Of a stretch of 64,000 nucleotides of DNA, positions 25,750 to 39,430 are shown one piece after another (the stretch's first letter is position 1; each line of letters starts with the position of its first letter). A model generated the notes under the pieces. It had not been told where the DNA came from and searched no databases. It worked only from the letters and a program-made list of their open reading frames with translations. Origin of the DNA: Octopus sinensis (Eukaryota); assembly GCF_006345805.1 (NCBI RefSeq), contig NC_043001.1, positions 8,804,001 to 8,868,000 of the forward strand, written 5' to 3'. The position numbers and the translations under genes were made by a program.

Positions 25750-26215
25750 GCGTGGCTGTATGAAAAGGCGTTTGCTTCTCAGCCACATGGATCTTTATAG
25801 TTGGAATCTGGAACAAGTGGCTGCTGCTTGCCCAAGCAAACAGAATACATTTACCCAAATCTCAGCCGACGAAAAGCTTGAGAGTGAATTAGGTAGACGG
25901 AAACTGGAAGAAGCCTGTCGCTGAAATCTACGCAGTTTTTCTCTCTCCGTTTTTTTTTCTCTATTTATTTTCTCTTATCCTTTTCTGACGAAGAGCGTAG
26001 GCTCGAAACATAAAAGACTCTTATGTTCTCATCGAGCATTAAACTAATACACATCCTTGTTGTTCCTACATATGTCTTCGTCTTTTGTTTTTCTATAAAT
26101 TTGAAGCATGAGTGTGTGTGTGTATGTGTGTGTTTGATCGTGTTTACGTCCACGTAACTTTGTCGATCGGGAGAAGAGAGCGATAGGATAAGTACCAGGG
26201 TGTAACAAAATAACC
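25750..26215 (+). mobile_element. Old SINE family A split by a pLTR insertion (~25925-26105)
   Basis: Head to gtagacggaaactggaagaagcctgtcg, then resumes at tgtgtttacgtccacgtaactt..gataggataagtaccagg. Confidence 0.65.
25980..26017 (+). ncRNA. Minimal type I hammerhead ribozyme motif within a pLTR-like insert
   Basis: tttt-CTGACGA-a-gagc(gtag)gctc-GAA-ACAT-A-aaag. Confidence 0.7.
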
Positions 26216-27084
26216 TTTGAGCATATAAAAAGAAACTTACATGATTGGGACTAATTTTAATTCCTCAAATAAATTGAAGGTCAAACATATTTGTTTGGAA
26301 GTTTATAGAGGTAAATATCAATTGCAGTATATGACTGGTACACAGTTTCTTGTTGAAAAGCGTTGCTACCCAGATGGAATTTGAATTCACATCATAGAGA
26401 CCTTCAGCTACCTGATATCCATGTATTTTCTGCAACACTCTAAAAATACTTCTGAAGCTTATATATGGCTCTAACATTTACGTAACTCACACCTTTTTCT
26501 TTGAATATATGCATTCATTGCAAACTGGGACTACTTAGGAACAATAATATCATTACACCATATTATCATTATATAGAAGTGCATATACATATGACCCTTA
26601 CATGTTTATTAAAGTTAAAATATTATCACTGAAATTTCATTCATTCATACCATAGATCTAGTGTTAACAATAGTTTCTATTGTGAACGAGTGTAAGTTTA
26701 TTTGGCTTTATCGAGTTATTTTCTCTAAATTACATTTCTGTGGTTTGTTTAGATGTTACAGCGCAAAATACTTTGTTTGGATAAATATTTATGGCTGTTT
26801 GCTTATTGATATTTGCAAATGTTTGATGTGATTCATGTAGAAGGTGTTTCTTAGAAATTCTATTATGCTAGCCGAAAATGCATTCAGTTGTTTCTCTAAG
26901 CCTTCTAGATGGATTTTCTTCAAATCGTATAGATAATATATTTTTAACTCCTAGATTACAATGCTTTGTATAAATAAATAAATATATATATATATATATT
27001 TATATATATGTATATGTGTGTATATATATATATATAAATATATGTATATATATATACATATATATATATATGTGTGTATATATG

Positions 27085-27141
<57 letters not shown>

Positions 27142-28253
27142 ATATACATTTAAGTTCGTGTAAGCATGCATATTTATATATTCGATTGCGTATGTCTGCG
27201 AATGTATGCACGCGTATATGTAACCGATTTCACGTCCGTCAGATAGGTTGTCTTGCGAATATATACAAGCAAGATAAATCTCTACTGTTTTATTGATTAC
27301 TTGAATATATGTGAGAATGGGTAAAACGAGAGATCTAAGCAGTTTTGTGCGTGATAAGAGTTTATGTGCAACACTTAAATTCAGAAATTTCAAAGCTGTT
27401 GGATGTTTCACTTTTTGAAAGTTCTCAGAAATGTATTAAAAAAAAACGAAAACGATAAACAAAATAGTAACTATCTATTTCTACAATTTTTTTGTCAGCC
27501 TTAAAATAGCTAATCATTTCACATTCGTATTTGCTTGCCTGACTTACATCATTCTTGGAAAATGTCTTATTCTAAACCCAGGATCAGAATAGATGTATGT
27601 GATATTTTTTACTTATTTTGTTCGAGTCATCGATTTCTACCTAAGAGTTTCAAACTAAATATAACTAGAGTGATGGTCTATGGTATGAGGCGTATTTCAA
27701 ATAAACCTCACACAGCATGCTGTGTACGATTTCATAACGATTCCTCAACTAGCAAAGAAAAAAAAACATTTTAGTATCGAAGAGGGTCGTAGTAAATAGC
27801 AAGCAAGGAAAGACAACTGCGAAAATGATACTGCAAAGTAATGATTTCAAATAATGACAATATGAACTGGCACAAATGAAAGGCTGTAGACGTTTATGAA
27901 ATGCGATAGAGGGAATTAAATGGAAGTTTATTTACTAAGATACATTTCGAGCTAGAAACAATCTTATAAAAAAATTACTGGTTTAAACGTGTAAAAATAT
28001 TCATTAATATATGAAATAGATACAGGTAACATAATCAAAGCAAGAGCACTCACAGAGAACAAACCTCCACCAATGCAACACCAATGTCCTCTGAACGATT
28101 ATCCTGCTAGGATACTATGAAAGGTTTTTGTCATGTTACTTGATATAATTCAATAAAGGGTTATTGGCATCTAAGGCTACTTATTGTAGCCAGGTGTTAG
28201 GATTCTTTTCTTTCCCAGCAGTCTAATCTGTTGCGTATATATGAAAATAATAA

Positions 28254-28601
28254 TAACAAGAGCATTCGGAGAGTGCAGACCTCTGCCAAGGCAACACTAA
28301 CGTCCTCTCAACGATTATCCAGATATGATTTTTTTAAATGAGAATATCGACTACTTTCAGAAACAAGAATACTACAAATGAACCCGACCGCTCTCAAAAA
28401 TTAAGTAAGAAAATCAGGAAAAATAATTCAGAATCCTCGTCTACAACCGGATCCGTCATAAAATCTAACTAGTTTGTGCCAGTCCCGAGTCCAAACGTCC
28501 CTGAAAGGTTCATCAGAATCCATCCAGCGGTTCTTGAGATATCACGGACAAACAAACACGATTGAAAACAATGCCCCCGCCTTAGCGAAGGCGGAGTTAA
28601 T
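28254..28601 (+). mobile_element. Non-autonomous Helentron/DINE-1-like element
   Basis: Starts taacaagag with subterminal acctctgccaagg; ends with hairpin ccgccttagcgaaggcgg+agttaat; partial second 5' end at 28041-28103. Confidence 0.65.
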
Positions 28602-28619
28602 ATTGCTGATCAACGCATG

Positions 28620-28768
28620 CGCGCTGCTCATCTTGATATTACATCACCATGGCGGTGCTGCATGTACACGGGGTAACCCTATAAGACGGGTAGTCATGAT
28701 GAGAATATTGCATTTCGTATAATCGTCCCTCGGAGTAATTTCGTTGGCGTTTGTTGCTTTCACACTCG
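28620..28768 (+). mobile_element. Diverged 3' end of repeat X
   Basis: atcttgatat..atcaccatg..agacgggtagtcatgatg..ttcgtata..cactc matches the reverse complement of 9449-9610. Confidence 0.7.
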
Positions 28769-28800
28769 AGAACAACAACAACAACAACAACAATAATAAT

Positions 28801-29086
28801 AAGGTAACGAGAATGTGGAATCTAAAAACAGAAACAATTCCTATCATAGTAAGTGCTTTAGGTATGATAAATAAATATTCAGACAAATACTTAACAAAAA
28901 CACCAGGACTTACAAACACATATAACATACAGAAAATTGCACTACTAGACACTGCACACATCCTACGCAGAACACCTTCCATACAATAACCATCAGAGCA
29001 TCACAACAAATCACAGCACATACCCAAGGCACACGGAGCTGCGCTCGGTAGTGAAGTGAAAGCACGCTATAAAAATAAAACTACTG
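28801..29086 (+). mobile_element. R4/Dong-clade LINE 3' end in (AAT)n
   Basis: VTRMWNLKTETIPIIVSALG..IQKIALLDTAHILRR plus shared 3' UTR. Confidence 0.85.
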
Positions 29087-29119
29087 AATAATAATAATAA
29101 CAATAATAATGGTAATAAT

Positions 29120-29340
29120 GTTTTGCAAGTTTACCACTAGGCTAACAATTTCAGGGTATGGTGGGTAATTGATTACATCGACCTCACTATTTTACTGGTA
29201 CTTAAATATACTGACCCTGAATGACTGGACGGCGAAGGTGATCTCTGGGGAATTTATACTCCGAACATAAAGCCAGGCATTTGACCTGCCGTTAAGCTAA
29301 GCATCTTGTCAGGCGTGCTAACGATCCATCCAGCACACCA
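29120..29340 (-). mobile_element. Old SINE family B
   Basis: gattacatcgacc..actggtact..gaccctgaa..ggcgtgctaacgat. Confidence 0.65.
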
Positions 29341-29405
29341 TCTTGTCTACTACTACTACTACTACTACTAATACTGCTGCTACTGCTACTGCTACTGCTG
29401 CTGCT

Positions 29406-29436
<31 letters not shown>

Positions 29437-29450
29437 TTAATAATAATAAT

Positions 29451-29481
<31 letters not shown>

Positions 29482-29893
29482 ATGTGGTGCAGGATGAGGT
29501 AAATGAAGATGATGATATGATGAGGATGGTGAGGATGATAATTTAAAATATAATTCCGGACCAAAGGATTTAGAGCAGAGTTTAATCGATTCAATGGACG
29601 CCGTACTTCATCGATTAAGTATTTTGTATACCACTCAATGATGAGTGTCTAACCGCGGCGGATGTTGAAGTGGGAATTTAACCAGCTGGAGAAACTACAA
29701 ACTACCACAACAAACTTTCACTTACATTTATGTTCAATCTGAAAACATATCTTTGTGCAAAATATATCAAATAAAGGCGAGGAGCAATGAAGCTGGTCGT
29801 CGCAGAAATGAAGATCAAACGTGTAATATTTGTGAATTTATAATATAATTGTTATATTGCAATTTGTTCCAGGTAGACGGCCATCCACAGTAC

Positions 29894-29949
<56 letters not shown>

Positions 29950-30166
29950 AGTTGGTTTGTGAACGTCGCAAGAAATTTGAAAGCTACATGCGAAACCGGT
30001 CTTTCTTTTAAATTATGTCATTATAAGAGAAAAAAAATTAAAAAAATAACATTTTTTAATATTCTTCAGACATATTGACGCAAATATATATATATTTTTT
30101 AACATTTAAGCCTTCTGTAGTTTTTTCACTCTTTACTATTTTATATATATATATATATATATAATA

Positions 30167-30261
<95 letters not shown>

Positions 30262-31671
30262 TAAACAAGCTATTAGGATACAGTTTCTATCAAGTCTGCG
30301 CACTTTCGCACGCCTCTAGAACAAAAAAATCCAAACTGCAAATAAGAATGACTCCAAGGTTGATAGTTGAAAGCCTTCTCTCAATCTAAGAATGTACGTA
30401 ATATGGAAAGTCCAAATGTCGATATTTGCAGAAAGGAATATAGTGGGAATCGATGGAAATGTTGGCAATCTAAACAAATAACAGGAATTTTGTTTCACAA
30501 TCACACAAACATAGCATAGGAATTTATAATAGATGCGAAAAGAATGGATTTCACTTCGACAATACGTTACAGCAAGGCTTTAGCCAAAGAAATCGAAACG
30601 ACGATAACATACTTACATAAAATTCGATGGGAACTTGAGCTTAATCTTGGTCCCGAAGAGGCGAGCTACTTGAGGAGAAACATTGTAAACGATAAAATAT
30701 CAGAAATCGAACGCCATTGTGAAATGACGGGATACATAAGGAAAAACCCAATTAAGAGACGCAAAACTTAGATAAAACATACAGAATATAAATAATGATG
30801 ATGAGCTTAACATACAGGAATGCCATGGGCTTAATACATAGGGATGCCAATGACAACGAGGAAATGCATTTGAATAAACCCTAAAACGCCTGCACAATAC
30901 GGGCCAAGAAAATTCAGAGGCAAAAAACACAGAAATATAAATAATATTTAAATGAGAAATATTGTAGAATATATAAAAAAAAGTTAAGGTAGAAATCACA
31001 CTCGTAACAATGTAAAGACTGTTGTAATTAAAGAATAAAAACAACAGAATCCACAAAGGAAAATCGAAAATAGTGTCTAAAGAGAAATCAGAACGATAAA
31101 ATAAAAGCAATTTAATAAACGAAGAAGACTTAATTAAAAACCGTGTGAACATCAATATTATCTGTTTAAGCAAACTAATATATGCAGAAGGCACAAAGGA
31201 AATGGAGTAATTAAATATATTCGTATAGGTGTAACAAGAACCCAATCTAAGGAAGAGAGAAAAACCACACACAATAAAAATAGAAAAACTTTAATGAAAT
31301 CAACAACGAAGCGACAAATCAAGAATAAAGAATTGGAGAGAGATATCAGTAAAAACGAAATATCCCCCACAAAATACAGAATACACGAAAACGGGATGCT
31401 GCTACATCACAACGAATAAGATGCTAAGAAAACTTGCTGCGTGTATTTTCAGCTATCCCATTATTTTGCTTCTGACAATATTCGTAATATGGTCAGGCAC
31501 TTTTAAAAGTAAATACCTGCTTTTCGTCACCGAAGTTCACCGTCGCCTTGTAGATCAAGTGGATTCCTTAGCACACGCGATTCGCCAGCGTAAAAGGACA
31601 CTGAGGCACTTCGTTCTTCCGACCATCTTGTTTCTCTTCTCAGTCATAGCTACTCTCCTAGAACAGTGAAT

Positions 31672-32130
31672 TTTATTTCTTTACTGCCCACAAAGGGCTA
31701 AACACAATGGGGACAAACTAGGACAGACAAACGGATTAAGTTGATTACATTGTCCCCAGTGCGTAACTGGTACTTAATTAATCGACCCCGAAAGGATGGA
31801 AGGCAAAGTCGACCTCGGCGGAATTTTGGAATCAGAACGTAACGGCAAAAGAAATACCTATTTCTTTACTACCCACAAGGGGCTAAACACAGAGAGGACA
31901 AACATGGACAGACAAACAGATTAAGTCGATTTTATCGACCCCATTGCGTAATTGGTACTTATTTAATCGACGCCGAAAGGATGAAAAGCAAAGTAGACCT
32001 CGGCGGAATTTGAACTCAGAACGTAGCGGCAGACGAAATACCTATTTCTTTACTACCCACAAGGGGCTAAACACTGAGAGGACAAACAAGGACAGACAAA
32101 CGGATTAAGTCGATTACATCGACCCCAGTG
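31672..32130 (-). mobile_element. SINE family B tandem body array (about 2.5 units, headless)
   Basis: Repeated cccacaaggggctaaacac..ggacagacaaac..gtcgacctcggcggaatt. Confidence 0.9.
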
Positions 32131-32384
32131 CATGATGACGATTACCATAATCCATGGGGTACACGCATTAGAGTAAAACGCCAAACATTTACGTATCGAT
32201 TTCGAAACCATTCAGTGAATATCTAACCGATGTTGCTTTTTGTTAGTGGAGAAATCCTCTTCCCTTTAAACGGTTTGTGTTCATGCTAATTCACCAATAT
32301 GTCAAGGTGTACCGCAGTGTAGGATTTTCGTCGACTACAAGCAGGACCGATTTTAACTACATCTAGGTATGATCGTGGCACTCA

Positions 32385-32733
32385 GTCGGTTTCCAGTTAA
32401 TCCAATCAATGAAACAGCCTGCTCGTAAAATTAACATGTAAGTGGCTGAGCACTCCACAGACACGTAGTTCTCGGGGAGATTCAGCGTGACACAGTGTGT
32501 GACAAAGCTGGTCCTTTGAAATACAGGTATAGCAGAAAAAGAAAGATTCTTATTAAGATCAAGAGAAAAATGTGGTGAAAGTCTACAGCAGAGTTCGCCC
32601 ACCCCTGCCGGAGTCTCGTGGACCTTTAGGTGTTTTCGCTCTATAAACACACACAACGCCCAATCTGGGAATCAAAGCCGCGATCCCACGACTGCGAGTC
32701 CGCTACCCTACACACTGGGTCATTGCGCCCCCA
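32385..32733 (-). mobile_element. SINE family C (tRNA-Arg-like head; resembles octopus OR-type SINEs)
   Basis: Matches 43762-44143. Confidence 0.85.
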
Positions 32734-33056
32734 CATATTTATCATACATAATAAGAGTTAAAACTTCAACACTATCAACAACATACATACGTCGACACCA
32801 CCACCAATACTACCACCACCACTAACGACCACAACAATAACAATAGAAGTAAACTGCTAGCATTGTGTATGTTTATAGTTGATATGTTATATCTTTTTTT
32901 CATCTGAACCATTTCTAAAAAAGTTAGCTGGGTTCTAAGGAACAAACACAGGGACAAAGCCAGAATTTTGGTAGCAGAAAATTGTGTTCCTTGTTTAACT
33001 TTTGAAAAGTCTTGCGTAGTTTTACAGTTCTGTATATACATACATATATATATATA

Positions 33057-33164
33057 TTTTCGTAATGAGATAAAAAAAGCTAAGGTTGTGTAGATTTTAG
33101 AACATTTGTCTATAAATGTTCTAAAATCTATACAGCCTTGATTTTTTTTATCTCATTACGAAAA
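33057..33164. repeat. ~53-bp-arm near-perfect palindrome
   Basis: ttttcgtaatgagataaaaaaa..aacatttgt / ataaatgtt..ttttttatctcattacgaaaa. Confidence 0.9.
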
Positions 33165-33331
33165 AAAATTGTATATACAAACGCTGACATATGACCAAAG
33201 GTGAACCCCTTATTCGCATAATCACCGAATCTGGAACATAACTATGATCTATCTATAGCATTTATTCAGCATAACCTGACAACTTTGGGTCTCAATTACA
33301 CTATTACCTCTCATAACCTCCATATATATAT

Positions 33332-33422
<91 letters not shown>

Positions 33423-33449
33423 TTCAACACTGATATTCCGTCAGTTACA

Positions 33450-33707
33450 TCAACGAGGGTTCCAGATGATCCGATCGCCGAAACGACCTCCTAGTGATAT
33501 TAACTTGCAAGTGGTTGGAGATTCCACAGTCGCGCGTATCCTTAGCGTAGTTATAGTTATGAAGGCGATTCAGGTGCTAATCATTTTTCCTCTCTGATCG
33601 AAGCTGGAACATGAAATAAATGTTTGCTGAAGGAGACAACGCGCTAACAAGAATCGAACTCACGACTTACGATCGAGAGCCGGAAATCCTAACCACTAAG
33701 CCATACG
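33450..33707 (-). mobile_element. Old SINE with family D-type head and family C-type tail
   Basis: gagggttccagatgatccgatc (C tail)...gaatcgaactcacgac..cctaaccactaagcca (head). Confidence 0.65.
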
Positions 33708-33719
33708 TATGTAGGGATA

Positions 33720-33956
33720 TAGGTATTTCTTCATTACCCACAAGGGGCTAAACTTAGAAGGGACAAACAAGGACAGACAAAGGGATTAAGTCGATTACAT
33801 CGACCCCAGTGTGAAACTGGTACTTTATTTATCGACTCCGAAAAAATGAAAGGCAATGTCGACCTCGGCGGTATTTGAACTCAGAACGTAACGACAGACG
33901 AAATACCGCTAAGCATTTCGCCCGGCGCGCTAACGTTTCTGCCAGCTCGCCGCCTT
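33720..33956 (-). mobile_element. SINE family B, monomeric full-length
   Basis: Ends ..gctaacgtttctgccagctcgccgcc. Confidence 0.9.
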
Positions 33957-33986
33957 ATCTGTAGGGATATATGGATGTATAAATAT

Positions 33987-34150
33987 ATAGGTGTAGGAGT
34001 GGTTATGTGGTAAGAAGCTTGCTTTCCAACCATATAGTTCTGGGTTCAGTCCCACTGCGTGGCTACTTGGGCGAGTGTCTTCTGCTTTAGCCTCGAGGCA
34101 ACCAGAGCCTTGTGAATGGATTTTGTAGACGGAAACTGAAAGAAGCCTAT

Positions 34151-34227
<77 letters not shown>

Positions 34228-34428
34228 TGTGTGGGTGTTTGTGTATGCAGTTGTCCATCTGTTTGTCCCTCCACCACTGCTTGACAACCGATATCAGCGT
34301 GTTTACGTGCTCGTAACGTAGCGTTTCGTCAACTGAGACCAATGGAATAAGTACCAAGCTTAGAAAGAATTTGTCCTGAGGTCAATTTGTCCAACAAAAT
34401 GTGGTGCTCCAGCACGGCCATAGTCACG
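33987..34428 (+). mobile_element. SINE family A
   Basis: Head, CORE-like segment, internal microsatellite, tail. Confidence 0.85.
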
Positions 34429-35569
34429 TATATATATAAATATGTATATATATATATATATGTATGTATGTATATATATGTATATTTTTATATATATATC
34501 ATAAATAAATATCTATATCTATATATATATATATATTATATATATAATATATAAGAGAGAGGGAGAGAGATATACAGTTACCCATGCATACATGTGCGTG
34601 TGCGTATTTGTTCGGTTACTATTGAACTTAGCACGTTTGTGTAAGTGCTGTGAAGCCTCTCTGGCGTTGTTCGTGAGAGAAATGATGCCAGCAAATGATA
34701 TGGTTCCGTTAACAATGTGTTACCATCAATAACGTGGTATCACCTGCAATATTTTTACACCAATTGTCTTGAATGATGGGATATCTTCAATGTTCGTGAG
34801 CATTCAGATATCGTCAGCATGTTTAACGCCAATAGAGAGCCATCTACATTAGAATGAAAGGAAGTAAATAATTTCAATCTTCGATCATAAATAAATGAAA
34901 AAGCTAAACTTCCTGTGTATACTAATGATTGCAGGGGTTCCATTTGCATTTAGAAATGTCACATTTAATTCCTAAGTATTATGGCTCTTATTAGTCTGGA
35001 TATTGTATAAATAAGTAAAATGTGGAGTCTGGTGAAATTACTGGTGGCCTACGTTGGCAAATAGCATTTACTAAAGTATATAGATGTGATTAAGTCAGTA
35101 TACCATGCTGAGATGATAACACTGACGTCACGAACAAAAGGGTTCCTGCGAATGGGAGAGTAAGAGTGACCGAGAGAAAGAGTGAGTGAGTGGAGAGAGA
35201 AAGTGGGAGGGGCAGTGAGTGAGAGAGAGAGAGTGAGATTGTGGGCGAGAGAGATGAGGAGGAGGGATAGGTTACAACTAAAATTTTTGTTGCTCTTGTT
35301 CTTTCACCCCAGGTCGGCTCTTACTGGACGAACCTATAATTAGACAGATCAGCAATGATTCGATATGTTCCGTTTTGAAATAAAATATTGTAAATTCTTT
35401 TTCTTTTACAAATATTTGAATATTATCTAGAATATTATTTTAGGTCTTTTCTTTGCAGATGCTATGGTAGGATTTAAAAGAAATTGGACTATTATTTCTA
35501 GCACAAAAGCTTCCTAACCTCGGTCCAAAAGAATTAAGAGTGCAACAGAGTTGTCGCAATAATACAGTA

Positions 35570-35727
35570 GCAGGCTAGCTATGTGCTAAGAAGATTGCTT
35601 CCCAGTCACATAGTTCTGGGTTCAGTCCCACTACGTGGCACCACGGGCAAGTGTCTTCTACTATAGCCTCGGGATGAACAAAGCAGTGTGAGTGGATGTG
35701 GTAGAACAAAACTGAAAGAAGCCCGTC

Positions 35728-35802
<75 letters not shown>

Positions 35803-36020
35803 TTATATGGTGTGTCTGTTTCTGCCACTCTGCTGTCGCTTGACAGCCAAAGCTGGTGTCTTTATATACCCGTAAATTAGTGGTTCGACAAAAGAGACTG
35901 ATAAAATAAGTAGTAAGCTTACAAAGAAATATGTGTTGGGGTAGATTTCTTCCACTGGCTCAATTTAAGGCGGTGCTCCAGCAAGGCCGCAATGAAATAA
36001 CTGAAGCAAACAAAAGAATA
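35570..36020 (+). mobile_element. SINE family A
   Basis: Same head, CORE-like segment and tail as 15024-15445. Confidence 0.85.
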
Positions 36021-36149
36021 AATGGTATAGAAGGGTAGAATCTGTTACCTCATACATTCATGAGTATGAGCGAGTAACGTTCAGCTGAAGTAATACCCCT
36101 TCGGGTAGACCTCTATTCAGCTTTTATGAAATAGTCATCTCATAATTAT

Positions 36150-36318
36150 AGGCTTATGAGTGGCTGTGTGGTATGTAGCTTGCTTACAAACTACATGGTT
36201 CTGAGTTCAGTCCCACTGCGTGGCACCTTGGGCAAGTGTCTTCTACTATAGCCTCAGGCCAACCAAAGCCTTGTGAATGTATTTGGTAGACGGAAACTGA
36301 AAGAAGCCCGTCGTATAT

Positions 36319-36366
<48 letters not shown>

Positions 36367-36586
36367 TATATGTGTGTGTGTGTCTGTTTTTGTGTCCCCC
36401 CCTAACAACGCTTTACAACTGATGCAGGTGTGTTTACATCCCCGTAACTTAGCGGTTCGGCAAAAAAGACCGATAGAACAAGTACTAGGATTACAAAGAA
36501 TAAGTCCTGAGGTCGTTTTGCTCGAGTAAAGGCGGCGCTCCAGCATGGCCACAGTCAAATGACTGAAAAGAGCAAAAGAGTAAAAG
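36150..36586 (+). mobile_element. SINE family A
   Basis: Same head, CORE-like segment and tail as 15024-15445. Confidence 0.9.
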
Positions 36587-36715
36587 TGACTATTCATTAG
36601 ACAACGATAAACGCCTGTTGTTTGGCCTAAATTATAACAGTCAGGTTATTCTTTTACGTTTGCCTGGTTATTCTTCAATCAGAGGAAGCAAGCCGCATCT
36701 CTGACATCCGTAAAT

Positions 36716-37400
36716 ATTTCCATATTGAATGGCACCGATGTAGGTGAGGATTCCTTTCTACTTCTTCAATTTGACATCTTCGTATAATTACAATATATAT
36801 AGCTGCATGAATGTTCAGATCCTTCAGGGTAAAGACAAGAGTGGGTTCGGTGATATATATCAATTGTGTCTTCGGAGGAAATGTATTTAACCAAAAAATT
36901 ATTGTATTGCATTTATGAGTTACAGTTCTCCAGTAACCAGTGCACTCTTCTTTAATCATGTGTAAGAGCAGTACTGCTTATAATTGGTTAAAAGCAGTCT
37001 ATTGACCATTGTCTTTGATCTTCATTCATATTCAGTAACTAAACAAAGCCGGACTATTTTCTCGCTCCAAAGTAGTTTTGTCACTTTAACATATATGCTG
37101 ATGAGAGAACAGGGAGTAAAATGTAATCACTTCTAGAACTTCTAGAGATACTCAGCACATTCAATTTTGTGTAATATTTTTCATGAGAACAGCGTATTCT
37201 ATATTTTTATCCTCATTAGAAAAATTGATTTTTATTTCTTATTTGAAGGACTTTAAGTTACATATCACTGAACCGACTCTTGTCTTTACCCTGAAGGTTC
37301 TGCACTCTCATAGAGATATATATTGTAATTATACGAAGATGTCAAATTGAAGAAGTAGAAACGAATCCTCACCTACATCGGTGCCATTCAATATGGAAAT
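36716..37400. repeat. Inverted repeat, ~140-bp arms (36716-36856 and 37262-37400) with a ~405-bp spacer
   Basis: atttccatattgaatggcaccgatgtaggtgaggatt.. versus ..aatcctcacctacatcggtgccattcaatatggaaat. Confidence 0.92.
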
Positions 37401-37732
37401 TCTTTGCTACTTTAGAGAATGGCAGGAGAGTTGCAGTTGCAAAGATATACTACGACACAGGTGAAGCTTCTTGCTTGGCAGTATACATTGTAGGTCTTGA
37501 AGTAAAAGTGATATTTTTTAGAGGATTACGTAAGAAATGAAAATAATGGGAAATATTTATGTAGATTAGTTATGTAATAACAAAGCTGGAGACTTGAAAA
37601 TATTTTGGTATTATTTATTCATCATTGAACATGTTTAATTTGCTTGTAGTATTTTACATGAAATATAATAAAACTGAAATCTCTTTTAAATGTTACGATA
37701 ACATCAGAAAATGAAAGAACGTCATTCTTCAA

Positions 37733-37848
37733 GGTGGCGAGCTGGCGGGATGTTAGCACACCGGGCAAAACGCTCAGCAGCTTTTCGTTCGTCCTTGCAT
37801 CATTCTGAGTTCAAATTACGTCGAAGTCGACTTTGCCTTTCATCCTTG
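37733..37848 (+). mobile_element. SINE family B 5' fragment
   Basis: ggtggcgagctggc..gtcgactttgcctttcatcc. Confidence 0.8.
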
Positions 37849-38045
37849 TGGCAACATTTAAAAGTCGAGATAACTTTAAATCTCTTTGGTCAGCTTTTAT
37901 AACCACAATAACAGCATCCCTCATCATTTCTTGAATAAACTGAGGGCCTGCTGTTATTATTTTCTGTAACAAAGATTATACAGAGTTAGCAAAAAATGCA
38001 TCAATGACCCTAAACATAATGTCATCGAGTACCTTACGCACCCTG

Positions 38046-38112
<67 letters not shown>

Positions 38113-38212
38113 TCAAAGTAAGCAACCCATGATTTATATGGATAATACCGTACAAAATTCAGGTGCATTTGACTTAAGTACCATATTCATTTGAATCTAA
38201 CTTTTGCTGAAC

Positions 38213-38265
<53 letters not shown>

Positions 38266-38959
38266 CATATATATATATATTAGTGTTTTGGTTATAATAC
38301 ACTATGGTTTGTGTGTGTGCGTGCGCGTGTGTATCCCATTGTGTGTGCATGGCTCTGTATATGTGTCTGTGGAAAGCTGTACAAGATCTAACAAATTGTA
38401 ACTTTAACAGCGTTATAATCCTTTCTGGTTCCATAGAACTCGAACGTATTTATGCTTCCAGTTCCTATATATAAACGATTAACTCTAATAAAAGCCACTT
38501 GAACTATAAATGACAAAAATTGATTTATGCAATAATTTGACGTAAACAAACACAAAACTTCAAATGGAAAAAAAAAGTAGAAAATAATTTATTACAGTGG
38601 TGAAATATCATGAGAGGTTGGTATGTGTGGAATTACTCATCATTACAAGATAATGATGTCATTTACATCTACTAATTTATATACTATTTATTCCTATTTA
38701 TTGTCCTAAACAATTGATTAGGATTACTTACCGATTTTCCTTAATAATGTGTTTAACACAGTATACATCCTCTGTGTAGTTTTTCTAGGGATATTACGTT
38801 TTATGATACGCAGCGATTTAGTCTTCCTTTATAATTTATAGCATATGTGGACTATATAATTACTGCTATGTACTTATGTTATTCATAATATATACTAAAT
38901 TATTGAGCACCCTTTAGCTATCGTTGATATTCATTCGGTAGCAATCTGACAATAATTTG

Positions 38960-39430
38960 ATATATGATATACAATTAATTAGATTAGCTGTCATTAGATC
39001 AACATACCAGATTTCGAAGGAGACAGCTACTAAATATATGTTGAACAATATAGAGAATCACGCCCTTAAGCTCCGAAAACGTAACCGAAATTGTCGATTA
39101 TGTAGTGGAGGGCATGACATATGCAATAAGAAGCCGCACAGAAATGTCTTTCATGGTATGGTTTGACACCTCTGAATATAAAACATCGCTGTTCCTACGA
39201 AAACTGCCCAAGGATAAATGTAAAATCATTTTCGGGGTTTGGATATTTCCATTTGTTTAAGCTCAAGGTTTGCTGGTGGAACACTCCAATAAGTGTTCCT
39301 GCCAAGTACAAAACAAGCTTGATGCAAGAAAAATATTGTTAACATTTCATTGAACATTACTGGGAATCAGATCAATAATGGAAAAGGTTTTGCACTTTCC
39401 AACATATGTTCTCAACACTTTTTATTTTTA
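38960..39430. mobile_element. Possible decayed piggyBac-like transposase pieces
   Basis: Plus strand NNIENHALKLRKRNRNCRLC..CNKKPHRN resembles the piggyBac Cys-rich tail; minus 39200-39400 has VNNIF..AGT-like core patches. Confidence 0.35.

Noticed and set aside
30330-31400. 190-aa minus ORF and 75-aa plus ORF in an A-rich block
   Set aside because: The minus ORF reflects base skew; the plus ORF may be a decayed Penelope N-terminus, but no diagnostic motif could be confirmed
34640-34900. VKHADDI RT-like motif on minus
   Set aside because: A single short motif; too little flanking similarity to call a LINE
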